IMG/VR virus record: IMGVR_UViG_3300027706_000278
Strand: one strand, 5' to 3'
Length of the DNA stretch: 64,000 bases
From: an uncultured virus (IMG/VR IMGVR_UViG_3300027706_000278)
Taxonomy: Duplodnaviria > Heunggongvirae > Uroviricota > Caudoviricetes
In this document: positions 55,500 through 64,000 of the stretch, piece after piece
Layout: each line of letters begins with the position of its first letter
How positions within the stretch are numbered: position 1 is the first letter of the stretch
Translations under genes and position numbers: made by a program
The notes under the pieces: generated by a model
Databases searched by the model: none
The model's input: only the letters and a program-made list of their open reading frames with translations
Told to the model about the DNA's origin: nothing

Positions 55500-55791
55500 C
55501 CTTCTTCTCCTTTCCCGCTCTGTGCGGGGCGGCGGGCTTCGCATGCTGCGGAGGCTGCTGCCGCCCCGATTTGAGCAGCGCGATTTCCAGATCCGGCCAC
55601 GGGCCCACACGACGCTGCTCGTACATCTGGCGGGCGCGCATCATCTGGAACTTGTTGGCCGGGTCAGGGGCCGGGTACTCGTCGCCTACGTTCGGCGGTG
55701 TCCACCCGCCCGAGAGCGGGCGCAGCACGTAAAGCGGCGGCACGCCGTCCTTGGTCAACTGCGCCCAGTTGGGTCTGCGGTAAAACGCCAT
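55468..55791 (-). CDS. Hypothetical head-associated protein
   Basis: Directly after the capsid gene. Confidence 0.6.
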   Translation of the reverse strand: MAFYRRPNWAQLTKDGVPPLYVLRPLSGGWTPPNVGDEYPAPDPANKFQMMRARQMYEQRRVGPWPDLEIALLKSGRQQPPQHAKPAAPHRAGKEKKDGSRNPQNRN

Positions 55792-55793
55792 GG

Positions 55794-56798
55794 CTACACC
55801 GCCGAGATGACGTTGTTGAAGAAGAAGCCGCAGTCCTTCGAGACGATCCGCATATCGAACGCGGAATCGATCTCCACGCGGTCGCTGGCGAGGTGCTCCA
55901 TGCGGAACGTCTTAATCCGCAGGCCGGCGCCGCCCGTGCTGCCGATCAGGCCGGTCCAGTTGAACGTGTACCCGGCGCTCGGGGTCATCAGACCGGCGTT
56001 GCGCGGCCGGTAGAACAGCGCGGCCGACAGCCCGCCGATGAAGGAGTTGGACTCGGTCCCGCCCTCGGCGGCCGTGTTGTACACCGAATCCATCACGAGG
56101 ACCTCTTCCAGTTCCAGGATCTCGGCGATGATCCGGCGCGTCGCCATGGCCGGATTGGGCGCCGTCTGGCCGTACTTGGTACGGTCGATGAAGTCGGGGT
56201 GATCGACCAGCTTGTCGAACACGGCGCGCGAGAACACGCCGATGTTGGCCGTGAACCCGCCCGAGTTCAGGCGCATCTGGGTCTTCGCGTGGCGGATGTC
56301 CGTGATAGGAGCCGACGTGGCGTAATCCCAATACATCACGTGCGTGCTGTCGGCGGTCGCCTGTCCAGCGACTTCGCCGGTCCACACACCGGACTTGAAG
56401 AACGTGCCAGCCCAGACGTTCTCACGGCGGATAAGGGCCTTGTTCGTCAGAAAGATAGTGGCATCGCGATCCGGCGACAGCGGGGTGTCGCTGTTGGCGC
56501 GGATCTGGTCGTCCACGTCCTTGTGGAGCGCCCAGACGTTGCAGCTATACGTGCCCGTCGAATCGAGCCCGTAGCCGGAGCCGGCAGACTCGGTCGCGAT
56601 GGCGCGCAACTGCATTTCGTCGCGGTTGAAGTCGGCGCGCTTATACGTGTAGTACAAGTCGCTCTTCATCTCGACGGGGATGCCGGGGAACGCGCGGTCG
56701 GCAACAAACTCAACGCCAGCCGCCTCCTGGCTGTAAGCCACCGAGATGTTCGTCAGCGGGCGGTTCACGTGAACGTCGCCCAAAGTCGGTTGAGGCAT
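55794..56798 (-). CDS. Major capsid protein
   Basis: VHVNRPLTNISVAY...PSAGYTFNW...GFFFNNVI; position. Confidence 0.88.
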   Translation of the reverse strand: MPQPTLGDVHVNRPLTNISVAYSQEAAGVEFVADRAFPGIPVEMKSDLYYTYKRADFNRDEMQLRAIATESAGSGYGLDSTGTYSCNVWALHKDVDDQIRANSDTPLSPDRDATIFLTNKALIRRENVWAGTFFKSGVWTGEVAGQATADSTHVMYWDYATSAPITDIRHAKTQMRLNSGGFTANIGVFSRAVFDKLVDHPDFIDRTKYGQTAPNPAMATRRIIAEILELEEVLVMDSVYNTAAEGGTESNSFIGGLSAALFYRPRNAGLMTPSAGYTFNWTGLIGSTGGAGLRIKTFRMEHLASDRVEIDSAFDMRIVSKDCGFFFNNVISAV

Positions 56799-56817
56799 TT
56801 ACTTGTTTCTCCTTCCC

Positions 56818-56848
56818 AAAAACAAAAGCCGCCCGTTGCCGGACGGCT
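56818..56848 (-). terminator. Intrinsic terminator-like hairpin upstream of the capsid gene
   Basis: GCCGTCCG-GCAA-CGGGCGGC followed by TTTTGTTTTT. Confidence 0.65.
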
Positions 56849-56881
56849 GGGTGCTGCTTACTGCTGGGGGACTGCTGGCGG

Positions 56882-57250
56882 CTACATCTTGTAAGCGCCG
56901 ATGAGCAGCGCGGGAATGATGATGCCCGCACCGCTGGACGAGGCCAGGGCGCGCGCCCGCACAAAGTTGCCCGCCGAGGCGGTAACGCCGCGGCCGCTCG
57001 CATCCGGCGTCAACGGGTCGCCCGCCGTGACTGCGGCGCCGGTAACGAGCTTGGTAACGCCCAGGATCGCCAGTTCTCCCTGGACGCCCTGCCCGTTCGG
57101 CTTGTCCTGAAGTACGCCATCGGCAACCGCCTGGGCCGAAGGCACCGCGAGCTGACCATTGGAGTTCACCACCATGAAGCAGAACTGAGACGCGCTCAGG
57201 TCCGCGCTGGCGGGAACCCCAACGGTACGAAGAGTCTGTTCATACGCCAT
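56882..57250 (-). CDS. Capsid cement/decoration protein (DUF2190-like)
   Basis: ASADLS...GVLQDKP...GAAVTAGD...DASGRGV. Confidence 0.75.
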   Translation of the reverse strand: MAYEQTLRTVGVPASADLSASQFCFMVVNSNGQLAVPSAQAVADGVLQDKPNGQGVQGELAILGVTKLVTGAAVTAGDPLTPDASGRGVTASAGNFVRARALASSSGAGIIIPALLIGAYKM

Positions 57251-57275
57251 ATCGTTGTTTCCTTTCCGCGCGGGG

Positions 57276-58937
57276 CTACCGCGCCAGGCGGATTCCCGCC
57301 GCTTCGAGCGTGGCGATCAGGCCCTTCGCGTTGTGCTGCGCGCGGAAGGCCGCATACGCTTCGGGGTGCTCTTCGAGCATCGCCGAATACGCCCGCTCCT
57401 TCGTGACCTTGGTGGTCACGCCGTTGACGTACATCGCCTGGGTCACCTGTCCGCGGTTCTGGCGGGCATAGGACGTGGCCTGCGCCTCCAGCTCCGCGAT
57501 ACCACCAGAACCCGCATTCGGGTTCACACGCGAATCGATCATGTGGCTCTCGCTTTCCGCGACGCGAGAGTTCGTCAACTCCGCGCTGACCTCCGCGACG
57601 CTCATGTATTCGCCCTTCGAGTTCTTCCGCATCAGGAACTCGGCGGCCATCTCGGGCTTCCCGGCCATCTTGCAGAGCGCGGCGATGGCCTGGATGTCGG
57701 ACTCGGAGCGCATGGCTTGGAGGGGCTGGCCGACCCCGGCGACGCGGGCGGCCTTCTTGCCCTCGGTCATCTCGTCCTCCTTCTCGCTCTTCTTGCCTTT
57801 GCCTTTCTTGCCCTCGGCTCCGTCTTCCTCGTCGCCGTCCTTCCCGTCGCCATCCTTGCCTTTGGAGTCACACTCCTTGGCATCGGACTTCTCCGGCTCC
57901 TTTTTGGACTTCTTCTCTTCGGGTTCGCCGTCCTTCTTCGCGACGACGGCCCCGGCTTCCAGTTCCGCCATATCGGCATCTCCTGCGGCGGGTTGCGCCG
58001 CGATTGGGATTACAGGCTCGGCAGCCAAGACCTGCGACATCGCCTTACCAGGCCGGGTGACCAACGCCGAGCCGTTGGCCACCTCACGCAGGGCATTCAT
58101 GGCATCGTCAAACGTGCCAAGCTCGTCGGCCAGCAGCGGGATAGCATTGTCGGCCCAGAACACCGAGGCCTCCGTGGCAACGATGGCCTTCCTGCTAGCC
58201 TTGCGATTCCGCGCTACGGTCTCCGTGAAGAGACCGTACTCGCGGTCAACTTCGTCCTGGATGTCCGACTGCGCGCGATCCGAAAGCGGCTCGTGCGGGT
58301 TGGCATCCACCTTGCGCGCGCCGGCAAACACATAGGTGTACTTGACGCCCAAGTCCTTATCGAAGCCCGACTGGTCCACGTGCAGCGCGTACACGCCGAT
58401 GGAACCAACCGCTCCGGTGCGGTTCAGGTAAATCTTGCTCGCCGAACTGGCGATGGCATACGCTGCCGACAGAGCAATGTCGTTCGCCACGGCCCAGACG
58501 GGCTTCTCTTTCCGCGCGGAGAAGATGTAATCGGCCAGATCGAAGCACCCGGCAGTCTCACCACCCGGCGAGTCGATATCGAGCAGTATCGCGGAGACGC
58601 CCGCGTCCGCAACCGCGTCGGCCATCTGGCGCTGAATGTGCTCATACGAGGAGGAGCCGCTCCACGCGGACATGAACGACTCCTTCTTGAGCAGCGTGCC
58701 CTGCACCGGGATGACGGCGATACCGTCGATGACCGAATAGTCACGCTCCTCAGCCTCGGCGGTGTAACGCTGCATTAGCGTGACCGTCGCGTCCATCGGG
58801 ACCCGCTGCGCCAGCACCGCGTCGGCGAGAATGCCCAAGCGCGGCCCGATGGCCTTGATGATCACCTCCAACTTGGGCGGGTGGATCATCAGAGGCGTGT
58901 TGATGAACCGCGACGCGACATGCGTGAGGTGCTTCAT
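57276..58937 (-). CDS. S49 head maturation protease fused to a scaffold-like region
   Basis: DIDSPGGE, ALSAAYAIAS, VGSIGV; charged linker. Confidence 0.9.
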   Translation of the reverse strand: MKHLTHVASRFINTPLMIHPPKLEVIIKAIGPRLGILADAVLAQRVPMDATVTLMQRYTAEAEERDYSVIDGIAVIPVQGTLLKKESFMSAWSGSSSYEHIQRQMADAVADAGVSAILLDIDSPGGETAGCFDLADYIFSARKEKPVWAVANDIALSAAYAIASSASKIYLNRTGAVGSIGVYALHVDQSGFDKDLGVKYTYVFAGARKVDANPHEPLSDRAQSDIQDEVDREYGLFTETVARNRKASRKAIVATEASVFWADNAIPLLADELGTFDDAMNALREVANGSALVTRPGKAMSQVLAAEPVIPIAAQPAAGDADMAELEAGAVVAKKDGEPEEKKSKKEPEKSDAKECDSKGKDGDGKDGDEEDGAEGKKGKGKKSEKEDEMTEGKKAARVAGVGQPLQAMRSESDIQAIAALCKMAGKPEMAAEFLMRKNSKGEYMSVAEVSAELTNSRVAESESHMIDSRVNPNAGSGGIAELEAQATSYARQNRGQVTQAMYVNGVTTKVTKERAYSAMLEEHPEAYAAFRAQHNAKGLIATLEAAGIRLAR

Positions 58938-60505
58938 TGCGCCTCCACCTTTCCCGTCGCCGCCGCCTCCGCGACCTCCTCCTCCGTGAGGCCGGCGTTG
59001 CGGCCGGTCAGGATCTTCCGGCCATCCGAATCGTAGGAAAGGCCGAGCCTGTCGGCGCGGTCATTGTCGGCCTTCTGCTGCGCGTCGATGACAGAGGCGT
59101 CGTAACCCTGAGCCGCACACTCAATCGAGCGCGTGGACAGGCCGTCGCGGATCGCGCGCTCGGCGGCCTTCATGTCCTTCTCCGGGTCGACCCACGGCCA
59201 GCCCGGCGTGACCCACTGCGCCGCCTCGAACGGTTCCGGGTCCCGGTCATAGGCGTTCAGAAGCTCGATGCTGAACACCATCGCAAGCATGGCCGCACGG
59301 AGCCAGACCCGGTAAACCGGATGGCAAAACTGGAAGACGAACACCGCGTGCTGGAACTGCTCGCACTTGCGCCGAAACTCCAGCAGGCCGGCACGGATCG
59401 AAGAGTAGTTGATCCCCGACAGGTCGCCCGAGATCTGGTACTCCGCGAGGCCCGCGCCAGCCGCGAACGCCTGGAGGCACGCGCGGATGAAGCTCTTATA
59501 GTCCTGCGTCTCCGGGACCTGTGCGAACTGGACCTCCTCCCCGAATCCCAGGTTGATGAACGTGTTCGGTTCGAGCTTGGTGATCTGCGTGCCAGGCTCG
59601 GGCTGCCCCTGGGCGCCGATGGTCTGATCCGGCACCATGACCGGATTGTCCGGACTCACCTGCTTGATGAATCCGGTGATCATCGCCGCCGCCTTCTTGC
59701 GCGCGATCTCGGAGTCGGTGTACTGCTCGAGCTCGTAGAGCTTCGCGAGCACCGAGGTCAGCCACGGCATGCCGCGGAACTGTCCGGCGCGGATCGGCTT
59801 GTATACGTGCAGGACCTCGCTGGCGGGCACGCGCTCCACATGCAGCGCCTCCATCGGGAAGAACATCGTCTCGCCCGGATGTGCCTGCCAGAAGTGGTAC
59901 GCGGCACGCCGGCCATCGGGCCGGAATTCCACGCCGCACCGGACGCGATTCTGCTCGGGCACATCCGGCGTTGGCTGGTTGCGCCACAGAGGCAACTGCT
60001 CGGCCTCGATCAACTGCAACTGAAGCGGGACCGACAATCCCTCTTTCAACGGGCGCGGCCGGAACCGGACGAATACCTCGCCGGCCTCCATGCACTCCCG
60101 CGCGACGAGCATCTGCTGGCCGTAGAAGTCAGTCTGCCCGGAGGCCGGGTTTTTCGGGTCGTACTCCACGTCGGACTCGCGAATCCATCGCTCCCACTTA
60201 TGGCGGATCAGGTCGCGGACCTTCTCATCCGGGTGCTGGGGAATCAGCCGGATGCCACGTCCGATGGCGTTCGCCACATACGACTCGATGGCGCCCACGG
60301 CCCAGGCGCTATTGCGCACCGCGTCGCGGTTCCGCGTGAGCAGCTCAAGGCCATGCGAGAACAGCAGCGTGTTGAGGCCGAGGTAGCTCGGGTTCCAGCC
60401 GTAGCCGCGCCGGCCTTTCCCCGCCGCATCAAACGGGAATGTCCCCATCGCCTGGCGCTGGGGAGGCGCGATGGTCATTTGTGCCGCGCGCCGAACGAGG
60501 TTCAT
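58934..60505 (-). CDS. Lambda-family portal protein
   Basis: GQFRGMPWL, GDLSGINYSSIRAG, WVDPEKD. Confidence 0.95.
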   Translation of the reverse strand: MNLVRRAAQMTIAPPQRQAMGTFPFDAAGKGRRGYGWNPSYLGLNTLLFSHGLELLTRNRDAVRNSAWAVGAIESYVANAIGRGIRLIPQHPDEKVRDLIRHKWERWIRESDVEYDPKNPASGQTDFYGQQMLVARECMEAGEVFVRFRPRPLKEGLSVPLQLQLIEAEQLPLWRNQPTPDVPEQNRVRCGVEFRPDGRRAAYHFWQAHPGETMFFPMEALHVERVPASEVLHVYKPIRAGQFRGMPWLTSVLAKLYELEQYTDSEIARKKAAAMITGFIKQVSPDNPVMVPDQTIGAQGQPEPGTQITKLEPNTFINLGFGEEVQFAQVPETQDYKSFIRACLQAFAAGAGLAEYQISGDLSGINYSSIRAGLLEFRRKCEQFQHAVFVFQFCHPVYRVWLRAAMLAMVFSIELLNAYDRDPEPFEAAQWVTPGWPWVDPEKDMKAAERAIRDGLSTRSIECAAQGYDASVIDAQQKADNDRADRLGLSYDSDGRKILTGRNAGLTEEEVAEAAATGKVEAQ

Positions 60506-60798
60506 TTGGATTCACGCTCCAGCGAGGTGAGCATCGAAACCCACACCGCCAGGCCACCGCCGACTAGCGGGCCCAACGGGTGCCACACGGTCCAGCATCC
60601 GTACACGACGGAGGCCAGGCCCCCGAAGAACAAAACGTTCTCCATCACCGCAGGCATCCGCTTGCGGCAGGCCTTATGGAAGGCCGCGATACCGCGCTGG
60701 AGCCTGCTCGCCGGGTGCATCTGGCGCACGCGCTGGCGATTCGGCGATGCCATGCGCGCGGAGTCATCGAGCATCGAAAACGGATTCGGCTCCTGCAT
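60502..60798 (-). CDS. Small 2-TM protein
   Basis: Hydrophobic C-terminal half; overlap-coupled at both ends. Confidence 0.6.
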   Translation of the reverse strand: MQEPNPFSMLDDSARMASPNRQRVRQMHPASRLQRGIAAFHKACRKRMPAVMENVLFFGGLASVVYGCWTVWHPLGPLVGGGLAVWVSMLTSLERESK

Positions 60799-61010
60799 CA
60801 GTACCCCCACCCGCTGGTCGTGTAAATCCGGACCTGTCTCACCGGCTGCTGGCCGGACGATTTGGCGGCCTCGGCGACCAGCCAGTTCCGGAATTTGAGC
60901 GCATCCTCGGCAGAGTGCAGCTCCTCTTCACGATCCTGGAAGCGGAATCGCCGCACGCCCTGCTTATAGAGCGCGTCGAAGTTGTCGATGTCAGCCTGCG
61001 TGATCGCCAT
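60798..61010 (-). CDS. gpW-like head-tail connector
   Basis: TQADID...GVRRFRFQDR; between terminase and portal. Confidence 0.8.
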   Translation of the reverse strand: MAITQADIDNFDALYKQGVRRFRFQDREEELHSAEDALKFRNWLVAEAAKSSGQQPVRQVRIYTTSGWGY

Positions 61011-61011
61011 A

Positions 61012-62928
61012 TCAGACCTCGATCCGGAAGCGCACCTGGTTGCGCGGCCGCGCGGGCATCACGCGCTGGGGCAACGGTTGCTGCGGCTGGGCTTGGGGCG
61101 TGACCTTGGATTCCCAGTCGGCCCAGTGCTTCTCCTGGAAGCGATCAATGCCCACGCGCGCCGCCGCCGCACGTGCGTACACCCGACAATCGAGCGCCTC
61201 GTTGCGCTCGCGCATCTTCTGCCACTCCAGCCGCTTGTAGCCCTTGACGAGCTTGGCGACGAGCTGCTCGGCAGTGATCTGCTTGAAGTACTCCTCGCTG
61301 TACCGGGGGAAGTGGCAATAGCCTGGAGGAAACGGGATGCCCTGCTCCAATTCTTCGTCCGTGGGGCGGTCCAACCGGAGCCAGCGGTACAGCTCCTCCT
61401 TCGCCATGCCGGAGTTCACCGGCCACACGCGGACGCCCCGCTTCACCCTCTCACCCAGCGGTCCAACCTCGATCGGCGACGGCGCGCCGAGGATCGCGCC
61501 GGAACGCTGGTCGCCTTTGATCACCACGACCCGACCGCCCTGCCGTCGCGCCCACTCGTACACCTCGGTGGTTGCGTACCCGGAGTCAACCGCGAGCTGG
61601 AGGATCGGCATTTGCACGCCGGAGACGTGCGGGTACGTTTCGTTCAGCAGATCCGTGAGTCGGTCCCACACCGCCTGGCGCGAGGTATCGCCCTCAAAGA
61701 CGCGGTAATCGATGGACCATGACTGCTTGCCACGACCCCACGCCACGATCTCGACCTCGATGCGGTCCCTCTGAACGTCTGCGCCGGCCGTGAGGAACAC
61801 GCCGCCACGAGGCACCGAGCCGACCTTGTACTGCTCCCGGCGCTCGTACAAGCGCTTCCAATCCGGGGCCTCGCCTAGCAGCGTCCACGTCTCTCCGAGG
61901 ACCGTGTTCACGAACACCTGAAGCAATTCGGGCTTCTGCTTGTTTTGCGCTTGCTCGAACTGCTTGGCGGCGTCCGCCCAGGAGAACCACCCGACCGGCG
62001 AGTAGAGGCTGGACAGATGGAAGCCCGCCGTCCTGCGATCCCAGTTGGCGGCCGGATTCGGACGCCACTGGCCGCGTGCAAGCATCCACTGCTTCTGGTG
62101 ATTGTGGATCTCCTGGCCGCAATGCTGGCAGACATACACCGCCTTATCCGGCTCACCCTTCGGCCAGCGCAACTGCGCGAATTGCAGGATCTGGAATTCC
62201 CGGCACAGCGGGCATGGCACGTAATACTGCCGTCTGTCGCTCTCATCGTAAGCCGCTTCGATGCGGCTCATGCCTGTGATCTTGGGCGTCGAGACGAGGA
62301 ACACCTTGCGGCGCGCGAACGTCCGCGTGCGCGCCATGGCGAGATTCACCGGGTCGCCTTCGCCCTCCACATCGCCGGGATACCCGTCCACCTCGTCAAG
62401 GAACAGATACCGCGCAGCCATCGAGCGGAGGCCGACCGCGCTGTTGGCGCCGGTCATCACCAGCACGCCGCCAGGGAACTCCTTCGAGAGAACTGTGTTG
62501 CCGGAGTCGCGCGAGCGCGGATCGCTGACGAGCTTCCGCAACGCCTCGGATTCCTCGATCAGCGGGTCGACGCGCTGTTTCGAGTTCCGCTTGGCCATCT
62601 CGACGGTCGGCTGCACCGCCATCATGGGACCCGGCGCCTGGTGGATCACGTATCCGATCCAGTTGTTGCCGCACTCGGTCCCGCCGATCTGCGCGCCCTT
62701 CATGAAGATCACGCGCTCCATGGGCGAGGACGGCGACAGGCAATCCATGATCTCGCGCAAGTACGGCGTCCGGTCCGTGCGCCACGGGCCAGGCTCCGAC
62801 GAGGCGCGCTGCGAAAGCGTGCGGTACTTGTCGGCCCACTTCGAGATGGTGAGAAACGGGTCCGGCCGCGCGCCAGCCGCGGCAGCAGCACCGACCACTT
62901 CCTCAGCCGTTAGCGTCTGCAAATTCAT
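61012..62928 (-). CDS. Terminase large subunit (GpA family)
   Basis: TPYLREIMD, KGAQIGGT, LDEVD, VSTP, GADVQ, NEALDCRVYA. Confidence 0.96.
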   Translation of the reverse strand: MNLQTLTAEEVVGAAAAAGARPDPFLTISKWADKYRTLSQRASSEPGPWRTDRTPYLREIMDCLSPSSPMERVIFMKGAQIGGTECGNNWIGYVIHQAPGPMMAVQPTVEMAKRNSKQRVDPLIEESEALRKLVSDPRSRDSGNTVLSKEFPGGVLVMTGANSAVGLRSMAARYLFLDEVDGYPGDVEGEGDPVNLAMARTRTFARRKVFLVSTPKITGMSRIEAAYDESDRRQYYVPCPLCREFQILQFAQLRWPKGEPDKAVYVCQHCGQEIHNHQKQWMLARGQWRPNPAANWDRRTAGFHLSSLYSPVGWFSWADAAKQFEQAQNKQKPELLQVFVNTVLGETWTLLGEAPDWKRLYERREQYKVGSVPRGGVFLTAGADVQRDRIEVEIVAWGRGKQSWSIDYRVFEGDTSRQAVWDRLTDLLNETYPHVSGVQMPILQLAVDSGYATTEVYEWARRQGGRVVVIKGDQRSGAILGAPSPIEVGPLGERVKRGVRVWPVNSGMAKEELYRWLRLDRPTDEELEQGIPFPPGYCHFPRYSEEYFKQITAEQLVAKLVKGYKRLEWQKMRERNEALDCRVYARAAAARVGIDRFQEKHWADWESKVTPQAQPQQPLPQRVMPARPRNQVRFRIEV

Positions 62929-63385
62929 TCAGCGCCTTGCGGATCTCCGTCGCCAGGATCTCGTAGCACTTCGCCGCATCGGTTTCGGCCGCCAGCATTG
63001 CCGCCACGCGGTCGGGAATGTTCAACATGCCGTCGCGGTACTGGCGGAACTTGTTGAACGTGGCAATCTGGACCTCGTCTTTCGAGATCAGGCTGCCAAC
63101 TTTCTCCTCGTACTCCAGCTTCGCCAGGCGCGCCTGGTAATGCTCACGCACGGCCCGCGCCTTCGTGTACTGGCTCGCGCCGAACGCATCGTCGTCGTCG
63201 TGCTGCCTCTTGCTCGCGCCAGCCGGCCGCGCCTCGGTGTTCTCCCGCCACTCGCGATCGGCTGTATCGGAATCGATCCGGCCATCTGAGAGGGTGGAGA
63301 TGCGGCCAGAGTTGATCGCCTTCTGGACGGCAGCGCGGCTCAGCCCGACGTGCTTCGCGTACTGCCGTTGGCTCATTATCGCCAT
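62903..63385 (-). CDS. Terminase small subunit
   Basis: N-terminal HTH (SQRQYAKHVGLSRAAVQKAI), Nu1-like C-terminus; precedes GpA. Confidence 0.85.
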   Translation of the reverse strand: MAIMSQRQYAKHVGLSRAAVQKAINSGRISTLSDGRIDSDTADREWRENTEARPAGASKRQHDDDDAFGASQYTKARAVREHYQARLAKLEYEEKVGSLISKDEVQIATFNKFRQYRDGMLNIPDRVAAMLAAETDAAKCYEILATEIRKALNEFADANG

Positions 63386-63486
63386 GCGCTTCTTCCTGAA
63401 CTTTCCGCTTGCCTTCTGGTTGAAGGGAAGGTATCCATCGTCATGCGCGGACCATCAGCCGCCAGAAAGGATAACGAGATCGGATT

Positions 63487-63927
63487 ATGACGAACGAAAC
63501 CAGCACCACCACAGAAACCGCCGCCGTTGCGGAACAGGGCGCGAACGTTGCGCCGGAGAAAGCTGCCTCGACCAAGAAGGCCAGCAGCAAGAAGAGCGCG
63601 CCCAAGGGCCAGAAAGCCGCGAAGAAAGCCGCCGCCAAAAAGGAAGCCAAACCCGCCACTAAGAAGGCCGCCAAGAAGGAGACCAAGCCCGCCGCCAGGG
63701 AGAAGGCTACCGCCAAGGCCAGCGCGCCGCGCGAGGGCAGCAAAAAGCAGATCGTCATCGAGATGATGCGTCGCAAGGAGGGCGCGACGATGGCCGAGAT
63801 TGCCAAAGCGACTGCCTGGCAAAATCACACTATCCGGGGCTTCGTGGCCGGCACGCTCAAGAAGATGGGCATCACCGCCGAATCCACCAAGAACGCCTCC
63901 GGCGAGCGCTGCTACTCGATCAAGTAG
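63487..63927 (+). CDS. DUF3489 wHTH protein with histone-like Ala/Lys N-terminus
   Basis: REGSKKQIVIEM...GATMAEI...WQNHTIRG. Confidence 0.85.
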   Translation: MTNETSTTTETAAVAEQGANVAPEKAASTKKASSKKSAPKGQKAAKKAAAKKEAKPATKKAAKKETKPAAREKATAKASAPREGSKKQIVIEMMRRKEGATMAEIAKATAWQNHTIRGFVAGTLKKMGITAESTKNASGERCYSIK

Positions 63928-64000
63928 ACAGCCTCCCGCCAACGACCCGCGCCCGCCCGGTACTGGCGGGCTTAGGGTCGTGAAGGGCTAGGATTCGCCG

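Larger units (their letters stand above)
17646..64000 (-). mobile_element. Lambda-like long-tailed prophage, continuing beyond the window
   Basis: Ordered packaging, head, tail, lysis, replication and integrase modules. Confidence 0.95.

Overview
High-GC bacterial window (gene content suggests an Acidobacteriota-like host; inference) made up entirely of stacked mobile DNA. (1) 1-4390: a small integrative element with HUH rolling-circle Rep, an internal hairpin origin, wHTH, excisionase and tyrosine integrase, carrying a frameshifted and truncated Type IIG R-M gene. It abuts the 3' half of a tRNA-Phe(GAA) (att core, 4390-4440). (2) 4440-17645: an integrase-less accessory/defence region with a PD-(D/E)XK nuclease pair, an operon of small phage-like genes, an IS630 relic, a DNA ligase fragment, a complete BamHI-like C-R-M system, and an uncharacterised HARE-HTH + wHTH + GHKL/MORC-like ATPase operon. 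(3) 17646 to the window end: a lambda-like long-tailed prophage, almost all on the minus strand (terminase, portal, S49 protease, capsid, tail, tape measure, lysis, SNF2, primase, UvrD, integrase). The most unusual signals are: a 15-nt UGA-containing in-frame insert splitting the Walker A motif of the phage UvrD helicase, directly after a perfect 13-bp stem-loop (candidate recoding/bypass); the GHKL operon; apparent absence of GGATCC in the prophage; a cargo insert in the tape measure protein; and a 77-nt cloverleaf-like RNA. All calls come from reading motifs by eye; no searches were run.
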